From: Carpediemonas membranifera BICM
Taxonomy: Eukaryota; Protista; Fornicata
Assembly: GCA_019828565.1 (NCBI GenBank)
Contig: JAHDYR010000025.1
Span: 806,001 to 870,000 of the forward strand
Length of the DNA stretch: 64,000 bases
Direction: 5' to 3'
The notes below the pieces were generated by a model that saw nothing but the letters and a program-made list of their open reading frames with translations, did not search any database and was not told where the DNA came from. Positions 40,665 through 50,352 of the stretch are shown here, in pieces (position 1 is the stretch's first letter; every line of letters starts with the position of its first letter). The position numbers and the translations under genes were made by a program.

Positions 40665-42346
40665 CTTGTCTCTGGCCGGGGCGCAGCTCCCCTTCTGGTC
40701 GCTAGGCCTGGGGCATGGGGCACTGCGGGGTGTCCGACTGCAGCCAATGGAGACAAGAAGACGCGAGAGGCGCTGAGCACTGCCCGTAGACTCTCAATTA
40801 CTGCTACGAGCAGCATCGCAGGCGACATCCCCTCGCTCATTGCCTGCGCGTACCAGCGTCACTTCGACGAGCAAATGCCGCTCTTATCTCGGATGCTGAA
40901 CGCATTCAGGAGGTTTATCCACAATCATACAACCACAGACGCGCCGCAAGATGGCCAGGATCTCGAATCCCTCCTCGACCGCGCCCGCTCGATCCTCACC
41001 AGCGGCCCCCCGCTGTCCATGAACGTCGAGCTCGCGGACGGCGAGGAGCTCCCGGTCGCCATGCACACGCTGAACCAGGGCGCGGTGTGGGCGTGTCTTA
41101 TGGGTGGCGGAGCCAACCCCGACCTCGAGGACAGGGTGCTGGACGAGGCTCGAGAGAAGTGGCCAGACGCAACCGATTTGCATAACAAGATCCGCAAGGC
41201 TCTCGCCCCCGAGGCCAAGTGCCTCTGGTTCCTCTGCCGCAAGTTCTTCTTCACGCTGAACGTCGCCGAGAAGGACGGTGAGAGATATCAGTGCAGCTGT
41301 AGTGGATACTACCACCACCACATGTACATGGGCCGACTCTTCATGTTCGACACTACCAAGCACACCGCCCTCACCAGGGCCAGGACGCCCAGGGCCCTCG
41401 AGGTCTACAGCGACTGGTTCACCCACATCGCCAGGACCCCCAAGGGTCTGTGGGGCTGGGGCGCTTGCTACAATGGTCAGCTGGGGTTCAAGTCATCTGG
41501 GTTCGTCGACCCGACCCGCCTCACCTTCCCCAACTGCCCCAAGGTCGCCGAGCTCGAGGCCAGCCTGCCCCCTTGGGAGAAGCACAGGGTGGTGACCGGT
41601 GTGTCGCTGATAAGAGCTCGAACGTTCATCTTCACTCCGGTCGGCACTGTCATGACTGGTGATGATTCAACATGGTATGTTGGCCCAGTCGAGCGGGAGA
41701 ACAGCCACCTCTTCCACCCAGTCGCCGTGCCGTATGGCTTTGTCCCAGATCACATCATGCATGCATGGAACACTGTTATCCTCTCCATGGGCGATCGACG
41801 AATGATCAGCGGATGGAACTTCTGTGGCCGGCTGGGACACGGGCACGAGAACGAGATGACTGGCTTCGAGGAGCTGCCCTTCAGGGTCGACCGGATACCA
41901 AGCATTGGGAATTACTGCAGCATCTTCCTCAGCGGCCGCCAGCTGCTGTTCGCCGGCCAAGTTCTCCCTCATATCGCCCAGTCGGGCCTGCTGCCTGGAT
42001 ACAGCGAGGATGGTGTGTGCCTCACGCTGACGCCGTTCCGGTTCCGAGAGAGGGTCAAGGGACTTCTGGGAGTTGTTTTACGATACTCTCATCTGGGTCA
42101 CTGAGGGCGAGACTAACCTGTGCGTCGATGATGGCCTGTACAGCGTGCCCTTTGAGGGCGACGGCATTTGGCAAAAGAGAAGCAAATGGCAGCTGGGTCC
42201 TCTCATTCTGCGACCCCACCGGCCAGTGGTTCGAGGTGGTCAGAGTGTCAGATGGGGTTTCTGAGCTGGTCGAGTGTGTGGCGCCCAAATGGACCTGGGA
42301 TATCATCCCTGTCGACCCGTGGACTCCGGACGAAACGGGTGTCTGA
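40665..42346 (+). pseudogene. RCC1-like family copy 6 (type-C; original ATG region deleted, in-frame 51-nt deletion, 3' frameshifts)
   Basis: The 5' flank is homologous to copy 5 but lacks the ...GACATGAG start region. ORF 40875..42104 is followed by tails in 42073..42264 and the 3' part of 41672..42346. Confidence 0.8.
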
Positions 42347-42691
42347 ATGAGCCTTCAAAAGCTGGAGCGGGGGCGACTGAAGCGTGGTTGGCATAAATGA
42401 ACTCATCAAATCCCAGTCACCGGCACTCGTCGAGAGCCCTAAAAATAGTTACCCTTGCTTGGCCATGCATGCCTTCATTTATGTACACGATCATTTATAC
42501 AACATCATACGGCAGGCCGGGACCAACCGTTTCTCCGGGTGGTGTCACCCAGGGAATGCTTCATGATCAAGCAGCACCTCTGAAAATCCACCGCCATACA
42601 GCCGCTGACCACTGTAAAGCCTTAGCAGCCAGGAGTGATACCCACCTCGCATTCCCATAACTATAAATGGACAGTTTATGCTACATCGCCT

Positions 42692-44092
42692 CTATTTGAC
42701 CCCCAGTGATGCGTAGGCCGGCGTCGCCTTAAGCAGCCTTCTCTTGATCCTCTTCTCCAGCACCCTGTACCGTGTCACCTCAGTCTGCATGCTGGCGAGC
42801 ACTTTAAGGCGCGTCTTCGAGGACCGAAGCGGATCCTTCTCCAAAAGCCCGGCAAACTCATCAATACACGTCAGCCCGTCCTCAATGCTCGACACATGCG
42901 CCATCATATCCACTGTAACATGCCCCAGCTCCAGGAACGCCTGCTCGTATGCCACGAGGCTCGCCTTAATTCCGCCCTCGATCGCCTGGACGTGGCGGTG
43001 GATCTTGGCCGCGTCCTCGATGTAAAAGAGGCAGATCTCCGTGCTGTTCACCATTTGGTCCGTCTCGCGGCAAAGCTCGGCGATCATGCGAGCTTCGTTC
43101 GAGGAAAAGTCGACATCAACGGATAAGACAGTGTGCAAGCGGGTCTTCACAGCCGAGTCGAGCGCGGACAAGGCGGTGATGAGAGAGTCGTGGTCTGTGA
43201 GATTATCAAGATCTATTCCAGATTCACTCAAGATTGACTCAATCTCGGTAAATTTTCCGGGAATCCAAGAGTGGTTGTCAGAGCCCGAGTCGCACACGAG
43301 TCGGTACACGCGGTTCCGCTGGGTCCAGTATAGCGAGTCGCTGGTCGATGCCAGCTCTATATCAATCAGCTCCTTTCGAATCCTCGAGATCTCCTCCATA
43401 TCGTCTGTTTCATGGATTGTCTCCACGAAGCTGAGGTACTTCCTTGCGCATTCAATGACTCTATTCCACTCGATCACCTTGACAGTGTCCTTGACGACGA
43501 GCTCGGTTTCCTCCGTCTCGGCGTCCAAGAGCGCCATGATTGTCTGCCAGGCGGACTCAATTCCCACCCCTGTTGCTGATGAGACCACACAGAAGTCTGC
43601 GAACTGTCTGGCCCTACAGAACCCCTGGACTTGGGTGACGTTCTCCGACATTTGAAAGGAGCAAAAGTCAGAGGCAGTCGGGTCGGCCTCGGCGTGGGTG
43701 ATGACGAGAAGCCGCGGGGCGTCGCACTTGAGGGCGTTCACGCGCCGCATGGTTTCGTTCAGGCTGGCGCCGAGGTCTACGCGGCCATCGGAAACGGCAA
43801 TGACAAGCGCGGCATCCGCACAGTGTTGGCTGTATTGGTAGAGGCTAAGATGGTGATCGCGAAGAACATGGAAGAATATGTCTCCAGCCTTCTTGATCGT
43901 CTCTCGATGGTCTAGTTCATTGAAGTGCTTCTCGTTCCAGGCATCATCCGCACAACCGCTCATTGTACAGAGCGCATCTGCGAGATCTATCTTTCCAGCT
44001 TCAATGGAGCCTACGATTACTACTTTCTTCGGTCTGGTGCAAGCATTTGGACTTGCCATGCGATGATTGCTGCGCAGTTTAAGGAAATGCAT
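42692..44092 (-). CDS. Degenerate Ras/Rab-like small-GTPase domain plus C-terminal helical/coiled-coil region
   Basis: KKVVIVGSIEAGKID (G1-like), ADAALVI, LLVITHAE (G4 position) and VVSSATGVGIESAW (G5-like), followed by about 270 aa helical tail. Alternative start at 44059. Confidence 0.65.
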   Translation of the reverse strand: MHFLKLRSNHRMASPNACTRPKKVVIVGSIEAGKIDLADALCTMSGCADDAWNEKHFNELDHRETIKKAGDIFFHVLRDHHLSLYQYSQHCADAALVIAVSDGRVDLGASLNETMRRVNALKCDAPRLLVITHAEADPTASDFCSFQMSENVTQVQGFCRARQFADFCVVSSATGVGIESAWQTIMALLDAETEETELVVKDTVKVIEWNRVIECARKYLSFVETIHETDDMEEISRIRKELIDIELASTSDSLYWTQRNRVYRLVCDSGSDNHSWIPGKFTEIESILSESGIDLDNLTDHDSLITALSALDSAVKTRLHTVLSVDVDFSSNEARMIAELCRETDQMVNSTEICLFYIEDAAKIHRHVQAIEGGIKASLVAYEQAFLELGHVTVDMMAHVSSIEDGLTCIDEFAGLLEKDPLRSSKTRLKVLASMQTEVTRYRVLEKRIKRRLLKATPAYASLGVK

Positions 44093-44221
44093 GAAGAATG
44101 GAGAATGCTAGTAAAGACGATCGTTAGTCTGCGCCAGACACTGCTGTTCCCCTTTTGTGATACTTGATGGTTTTGCCAGATTTGGCTCTCAGCAGCTGAA
44201 CCTGTCGTTTAGCGGAGGTTC

Positions 44222-45673
44222 ATGGCGGACGACAACGTATTCTATCAGCACATACGAGCTGGGAAGAACAAATCCAATTTCTTTGATGTGGCTGCCGCAA
44301 ACAGACTCACAATCTTTATTCCGACGAACCAGTCGCTTTCAGACATGTACGGCCTACCTGCGAAGAAGCTGGACAAGAGTATGATCAGGGATCACATCTT
44401 CAAGCCCTCACCCGTTGTTAAGAACCACCTTATTTCCCTTAGCGGCAAGGAGATTGCCCTGGACCTCGACGCAGGCCTCGTTCACCGTCTCAAGGGCTGG
44501 TTCCGAAGCGAAGACATCACCATCAAGAGCGAGGTGACCAACTATAACGGCAATTTCGATGCGTACATGGTCTACACCATCTCGGAGCCTCTCAGTGTCC
44601 CCAAGAGCTTCCAGAAGAAGCGAAAGGAGGTCGCCCCCGCCCTGCTCGACATTGCCCAGACGCCCGAGGAATACACCGCGCTGCTGAAGGACACGGTTGG
44701 GTCACCTGCCCTCGCGGCCCTTGAGAAGGACCTCGCGATGTTCCGTCGTGGCTACCTGATCGACTCAAGCCACCTGGACGACGCAAAGGAGACGCTAGCC
44801 GATATTGTAGACAGGGCAGTGCAGCGCATCGTGCAAACCTGCCCCGCCTTTGTGTCGTGCCAGGTTGACGCCAAGAGGCTCGCCACGCTCCGTCAGGCCG
44901 TTGTGCACATCACACTTGCCAAGGTGCGGCCGGACATCATCACCAAGCTGGGCGTGGCGTTCGTTACTGAGAAGGGGGCGTATGCCGCTGCCTGCCGGTC
45001 GTTCAGGGTGTCTCATCCCACAAGGCCCGAGCAGGCAAAGGAGATGGGTCTGCCGGAAACCATATGCCGGCAACTCGGAATGCCGGAATTTGAACTTATC
45101 GGGAAAACCCTGACTGCTTCAATTGCCGAGGCCGACACCCCCGGCCAGATCGCCCAGGCGACTATGCACGCCACGGACCGGGCCCTCGCCCTGATTGAAA
45201 CGGACGAGCCCGTTACTGCTGACAGCATGATCCCGCTCACCGCAGTCCTGCTGCTCCAGGGCGACCTAGACACCACAGCCGCACTGAGTCTTGTCAATAT
45301 ACTGTATGCCAGGCACTTTAACATCGGGGGCGACGGGACGACTCAGTATAGAGTCACGACTCTGGAAGCGGCAGCCAAGCACATCATGGGCCGCGAGCTG
45401 GCGGAGGGAGAGTCTCTAGGTTACTTTGGAAGCCCACCACTCGCGGGTAGAGGCAGCTTGGACGCAGCCGGAGTGAACAGCGCTGGGACAAGCAACAACA
45501 CCAGCCCGACCACGGCGCCGGTGGCTAGGGTCCATGAGGTGCTCCGACTAGCGGAGTCGGACTCTGAGGAGGAGGAAACGGCCCCTAAGCCTGTGAGCCA
45601 TGTACCGAGGCGACCTGGGAGGGGAAGGGGCCTCCCCCCGGCGATCATCAAGATGAATAGAGAACGATATTAA
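44222..45673 (+). CDS. VPS9-domain Rab GEF, ANKRD27/Varp-like N-terminus, no ankyrin repeats seen
   Basis: DNVFYQHI, IFIPTNQSL and HIFKPSP resemble the Varp N-terminus. VPS9 motifs VTADSMIPL and QYRVTTLEAA are present. Confidence 0.75.
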   Translation: MADDNVFYQHIRAGKNKSNFFDVAAANRLTIFIPTNQSLSDMYGLPAKKLDKSMIRDHIFKPSPVVKNHLISLSGKEIALDLDAGLVHRLKGWFRSEDITIKSEVTNYNGNFDAYMVYTISEPLSVPKSFQKKRKEVAPALLDIAQTPEEYTALLKDTVGSPALAALEKDLAMFRRGYLIDSSHLDDAKETLADIVDRAVQRIVQTCPAFVSCQVDAKRLATLRQAVVHITLAKVRPDIITKLGVAFVTEKGAYAAACRSFRVSHPTRPEQAKEMGLPETICRQLGMPEFELIGKTLTASIAEADTPGQIAQATMHATDRALALIETDEPVTADSMIPLTAVLLLQGDLDTTAALSLVNILYARHFNIGGDGTTQYRVTTLEAAAKHIMGRELAEGESLGYFGSPPLAGRGSLDAAGVNSAGTSNNTSPTTAPVARVHEVLRLAESDSEEEETAPKPVSHVPRRPGRGRGLPPAIIKMNRERY

Positions 45674-45754
45674 TAGGTAGTACATAAAACGCATGCCGGA
45701 GTTTTAATATAAATTATGACAGGCGTTTTTTTGGCTAAAATGCATAATACCGAC

Positions 45755-46870
45755 TCATCCCGACGTCACACCGTCCTCCGCCCCCTTTTCATCCGTCCCC
45801 TCGCCGTACAGGGCCGCACATGCGGTTACACCGTCCAGCACGAGGCCCCACACCTTGCCCTCCAGCCGGGCCGTGGCAGCATGGAGAGTATGCAGCGCAG
45901 CGAGCACGGCGGCGTGGGTGAAGCCGTGCTTGGCGGCGTGCATCACTAGCTTGTTGTATATGACGTCGAAGATCCACTGGAGTGCGTCCGGAGAGCATAT
46001 CTCCTCTGCGACGGCCATCAGTCCCCGGGCGATCACCCTGGCCATGGTGTGTCGTTCGTCCTCAGCGTCGCCCAGTATACCACAGAGCTGGTGGCCCAAC
46101 GAGTCCTCTGAGTACTTTCGCAGGATATGCTGAACCTCCAGTGTGAAAGAAGTTGAAAGATGCAGACTTGTAGGCGAGCACCACTGGATAAGAGTCTCGG
46201 TCGCACTGTCGAGCGGGCAGAAGGGCATGTCCGTCCGCACGGTGGAGCTCATCATCTCAGGCTGCGGCACCGTGCTCGTCTCGATCCTGTGGTGCATGCT
46301 TACGAGGAGACGGAGGAACATGCGGGCGTGGGGTGTGGGGAGGAGGTACTGCTGGCATATTCGGGTCACTATGGGCATCGGGTCCTCTTGTCTGGTTAGC
46401 TGGTGCATGGAGCGGAGGTTACTGAGCTGACGGACTGTGGACTTCAAGTGAGTGTGGCATTTGTCTGCGACATCGGGGGCAGTGTCCTTGCGGAGGAGGC
46501 AGGAGGTCTTGCGGCCGTACATCTCCCACCAGATGACTTCGTCGATGTTGAAGTAGGTCTCTAAGTAGATGGGAAGGGACGATTGCTTGAAGGGGAATGT
46601 TGTTTGGACGAAAAGTGATGAGGGGGTCGAGAGATACTCCGCGAAATGGTCAAATAGGGTGTATTGGATGCGAATATGTTTCATTAGTTGCGGTAGGAGA
46701 TCATGTAGGTCCGTGGCTTCGTCGTGGTTGTACTTGTCACGCGTAAGCAGGTGTTGGGCTGCGTCAGCAACGTCAAAGCCCCGAATCCACATCATCCAAA
46801 CCTTATCGTCTATCTCTGGCTCATCAGAGACGATCAGACATGTCTCTTCCTGGATCTCTTGGCGAGGCAT
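45755..46870 (-). CDS. FIBP: Acidic FGF intracellular binding protein homologue
   Basis: EIDDKVWMMWIRGFDVADA and YFNIDEVIWWEMYGRK...LKSTVRQLSNLR parallel the FIBP motifs IDEDVYRLWLDGYSV and LKSCRRQFDNFKR. 371 aa. Confidence 0.75.
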   Translation of the reverse strand: MPRQEIQEETCLIVSDEPEIDDKVWMMWIRGFDVADAAQHLLTRDKYNHDEATDLHDLLPQLMKHIRIQYTLFDHFAEYLSTPSSLFVQTTFPFKQSSLPIYLETYFNIDEVIWWEMYGRKTSCLLRKDTAPDVADKCHTHLKSTVRQLSNLRSMHQLTRQEDPMPIVTRICQQYLLPTPHARMFLRLLVSMHHRIETSTVPQPEMMSSTVRTDMPFCPLDSATETLIQWCSPTSLHLSTSFTLEVQHILRKYSEDSLGHQLCGILGDAEDERHTMARVIARGLMAVAEEICSPDALQWIFDVIYNKLVMHAAKHGFTHAAVLAALHTLHAATARLEGKVWGLVLDGVTACAALYGEGTDEKGAEDGVTSG

Positions 46871-47043
46871 GGCGACTGACGCCTGAATTAATCAGAGCGG
46901 TTTGGAAGAAATGATCGTGATTTTCGACCTCAGTTGGGTATCAATGCACAAAATGCTGCTTTTTGGCGTCCTAAAATTGTCTGGGGACGATCCCGCAGAA
47001 TAAGCCAAACGACGCGCATTTCGACAATTACTGCAGATAGGCA

Positions 47044-47589
47044 ATGAGCGAGTCGGAAATCAAGCGTTTGGAAGAATCTGCTGAGAAACTTGTGGAATTG
47101 GAGAAGAAGCTCAGCGCAGAAGCTGCCAAGAAGAAGACAATGCTGGAAAAGATCAATGCTGCAGAGAAAGAACGCGCTACACTCCAGCGTGAGTCCGAAC
47201 ACATCACAAAGTCGTTGGATTCATTGCATGGCGAAATTAAGAACTGCGAGAACCAAAGCATGCGCCTGGAAGACGTCCTGAACGATACCGTCAAGCGTAT
47301 AGAGCACGAAGAGCGGATCATCGGTGACCTCGAGCGTGAGTTCAATGGTAACCGTGAGGAGACGCGCTTCATCAACGCCGAGATCGCCAAGGAGAAGGAG
47401 GCAGTCGCTCAGCTCCGCACTGTCGCCGATGAGGGCGGTACCGAGTGCGCGGCAATGGCCTTGGCGCGAGAGGAACTACTTGCGGAACTCCAGAGGGCGG
47501 ATAAGGTCATTGAGAAGCTGAAGGCGGAGGGTGCTGGGATGAAGTTGCAGGTCGACACCATCAGTGCTGCTACGAGGATGAACAAGTGA
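47044..47589 (+). CDS. Small coiled-coil hypothetical protein (181 aa)
   Basis: Continuous E/K-rich heptad ORF, divergently oriented from FIBP. Confidence 0.7.
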   Translation: MSESEIKRLEESAEKLVELEKKLSAEAAKKKTMLEKINAAEKERATLQRESEHITKSLDSLHGEIKNCENQSMRLEDVLNDTVKRIEHEERIIGDLEREFNGNREETRFINAEIAKEKEAVAQLRTVADEGGTECAAMALAREELLAELQRADKVIEKLKAEGAGMKLQVDTISAATRMNK

Positions 47590-47731
47590 GATGGGGTGTA
47601 CTATAGGTATGTATTAACGTAAATGGGGAGAGCCGCGTGGTTTGAGGTTGATTGTGTCACATTTGATTCGGTCGTCGTTGGTCAGCTTGCGAGAAGCATC
47701 CGCGTCTGTCGAATAAGCGAGAAACACAACA

Positions 47732-49039
47732 ATGGCTCATCTTGAATGCTCTGTATGTGGTAAGAAGTTCGAACTCTCCTACCTCACTGAAGGTCACTAC
47801 GTCTGCGACGTTGACGAGGCCAATCTGAACTTCATCCATGATTACGAGGCCATCGCCAAGGATGTGCGCGAAAACGGCCTCAACCGCGAACAAAAGAACA
47901 ACATGTTCCGCTATTCCGCCTTCCTTCCCGTCGATTCTTCCAAGCTCGCCGAGCGCGCCCCCGCCGTCCCCGTGGGCGGCACCCCCCTCGTCAGCGCCCC
48001 CCGCCTCGCTAAGGAGCTCGGCATCCCCTCCTGCAACCTTTGGCTGAAGGACGACAGCAAGAACCCCACAGGCTCGCTCAAGGACCGCGCCTCTTCTCTC
48101 CTCGTCGTCAGGATGCAGGAGGACGGCGCCCCCGTCATCACCACGGCGTCTACCGGTAACGCCGGGGCCGCCCTTGCCGGCATGTGCGCCTCGACCCCCG
48201 TCCGCCAGAAGGCGTACATCTTTGTGCCTAAAACTGCCCCTGCCGCTAAGATTGCCCAGTTGCAGATCTTCGGCGCCGAGGTAATCCTTGTTGACGGCAC
48301 CTACGACGACGCATTCGCGCTGTGCCTTGAGGCGTCCAGCAAGCACGGCTGGTATTGCCGCAACACCGGCTACAACGCCTACACCGCCGAGGGCAAGAAG
48401 ACCGTCTCTCTGGAGATGTGCGAGCAGCTTGCCCACGGCGGGCAGTTCGGCTGCGTCCACCATGCGCAGTTCGTGGCGCCCGACTACGTTGCCGTTAGTG
48501 TGGGCGACGGTAACATCATCACAGGCGTATACAAGGGCCTCCGCGACCTGTACAAGGCTGGCCTCATTGAGAAGATGCCCAAGCTCGTTGGAGTCAACTC
48601 CGACAAGTCCAACTGGTGCGCCACGGCCTGGAAGAAGAACCTCACCCCAGCCGAGATGCTCACCATGGAGCCCGTCGAGGCCAACACCCGCGCCGACTCC
48701 ATCTCCGCAGGGATCGCCAGGGACGGCATCAACGCCGTGCAGGCCATCCGGGACACCCAGGGCTGCTTCGTCGAGGTCGACGACGACTCGATCCTGGCCC
48801 ACATCAAGACCGTCTCCCAGGCGACCGGCGTCTTCCCTGAGCCCGCCGCCGCCTGTGCCGCTGCTGGGATCACCAAGCTGGCGTCCAAGGGCTACTTTGA
48901 GGGTGGGTCGACCGTGGTGGCTGTGATGACGGGGACGGGCATCAAGGACATCCCCGCCGCAGTGTCAGTGTGTGGCGAGCCGTTCGTGCTCAAGCGGAGG
49001 GAGGACGGGCAGTTCCACCTCGAGGACTTCATGCAGTAA
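47732..49039 (+). CDS. thrC: Threonine synthase-like PLP enzyme (fold type II, prokaryotic type)
   Basis: N-terminal CSVCG..YVC, GGTPL, LWLKDDSKNPTGSLKDR (PLP Lys), TASTGNAG, GTYDDA, EGKKT, VGDGN, GVFPEPAAA and TGTGIKD. Confidence 0.88.
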   Translation: MAHLECSVCGKKFELSYLTEGHYVCDVDEANLNFIHDYEAIAKDVRENGLNREQKNNMFRYSAFLPVDSSKLAERAPAVPVGGTPLVSAPRLAKELGIPSCNLWLKDDSKNPTGSLKDRASSLLVVRMQEDGAPVITTASTGNAGAALAGMCASTPVRQKAYIFVPKTAPAAKIAQLQIFGAEVILVDGTYDDAFALCLEASSKHGWYCRNTGYNAYTAEGKKTVSLEMCEQLAHGGQFGCVHHAQFVAPDYVAVSVGDGNIITGVYKGLRDLYKAGLIEKMPKLVGVNSDKSNWCATAWKKNLTPAEMLTMEPVEANTRADSISAGIARDGINAVQAIRDTQGCFVEVDDDSILAHIKTVSQATGVFPEPAAACAAAGITKLASKGYFEGGSTVVAVMTGTGIKDIPAAVSVCGEPFVLKRREDGQFHLEDFMQ

Positions 49040-49041
49040 AC
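49035..49041 (+). terminator. Putative polyadenylation signal AGTAAAC overlapping the thrC stop
   Basis: Recurring 3'-end motif. Confidence 0.55.
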
Positions 49042-49254
49042 ACGTTTACTAGGGGAGCGCGTGGGTGGTGGTAGAAATGGAAGAAGAAGAAACTTCGACT
49101 TCTTCAGAACTAGGCTGGTCGACCAAAAGCTCCCACGATGGGACTACTTGCCTGCTAATGCCCAGCCTCCAGCATTATCGAGAGTGATCACACTTGTGTC
49201 AAGATCTCAAAATCCTCTAGATCTTGACTCGAATGAAGTTCTCATTCCCAACCA

Positions 49255-49861
49255 ATGAAGGTATTCTGTCTTCTGGCCATTATCGCCGTGGTTTTCGCCC
49301 AGCAAGAGTTCATTTTCGGTGTTACGAAGCTTGAGCTCATCGATCCTGCGGCTAACAGCGTCTCTGGCACTGATATCTGGCATTTCATCCTCGGTGTCGT
49401 CGAAGGCTTCGGCTCTGAGCTTCTTCCCAACATGAAGGACTGCCTTGAGTCCAGCATCGATACCATGTTCGTTTATGAGGCCTGTTTGCTGTTGTTTGAG
49501 GTATCTCAACACCCAACATGGCGATGGCCCCTTGATACACTCACACAGGAACGATTTCATCCGTGCTTACAACGACCTCGTCGCCAACAACCCCCGGCAG
49601 TTCGCTCTCGACTGCGCCGAGGGCCTCCAGGCGATTTACGACGCCATCGACGCCTGCGGCTCGACCGAGGATGCCATTGAGGAGACCGCCGAGCTTCTCT
49701 CTTCCGGCGGGCTGTCGATCGTCTACCACGCCGGCGTATCCCTCGTCCTGCACGGCGTCGACATCTACCACTGGGTCAAGGACTGCTACGAGAACTTCGA
49801 GGAGAAGAACTGGCTCGACGCCGGCCGCGACATCGGTGACATCATCGGCGTTCTTGTGTAA
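49255..49861 (+). CDS. Secreted small helical Cys-containing protein A, join(49255..49466,49549..49861)
   Basis: Signal peptide MKVFCLLAIIAVVFA. The spliced product DCLESSIDTM|NDFIRAYNDL aligns without gaps to the paralogue QCLSDSYEALNYFIDGYNEL. Confidence 0.85.
49467..49548 (+). other. Spliceosomal intron (82 nt) GTTCGT...ACTCACACAG
   Basis: Phase-2 removal gives AT|G AAC GAT and restores collinearity with the intronless paralogue at 50361. Confidence 0.85.
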
Positions 49862-50352
49862 ATGACTGTCGTCCTTGGCTGGCAGATCCTCAGTCCCTTG
49901 TCGCAGTGAATCTCACTCAACCCGACGGAGTCAAAGGGCATGTTCTCATATCAAATCCACTTATGCGATAAACTGGGCCTAACTCAATGGGGTCTGAGCG
50001 TTCTCCACTGGTTGGATGGGTAGCATTGCATCCAGGTTGTCAGGCCACCACGGGCGATGAAGGTCGGGAAGTCGCTTCACTATGCCGGAGGAATAGGGCT
50101 AAGCCACGATTCTTCAACACTGCCCTGTCATGCTACTTGTCACATGCTCGTCGGTTTACTGGGGCGAAGTCAGAGGCACGATCTCTCTTGTGTCATCCCT
50201 CTCTCAACTAGCAGCCACCATATCATTGTCTTCCGCATGGTGACAGACTCATCTCGACTCAGCCTGATCCGACTGAGATCTCCTTCGTACATTCTGATTC
50301 CACTCTGATCCGATTTGGTGCAGTGAATCTGGAAAATCTCACTTGCGCTTAA

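Noticed and set aside
42478-42494. 17-nt match TTTATGTACACGATCAT with 10856..10872
   Set aside because: It is a single AT-rich match with no flanking homology and is plausible by chance in 64 kb.
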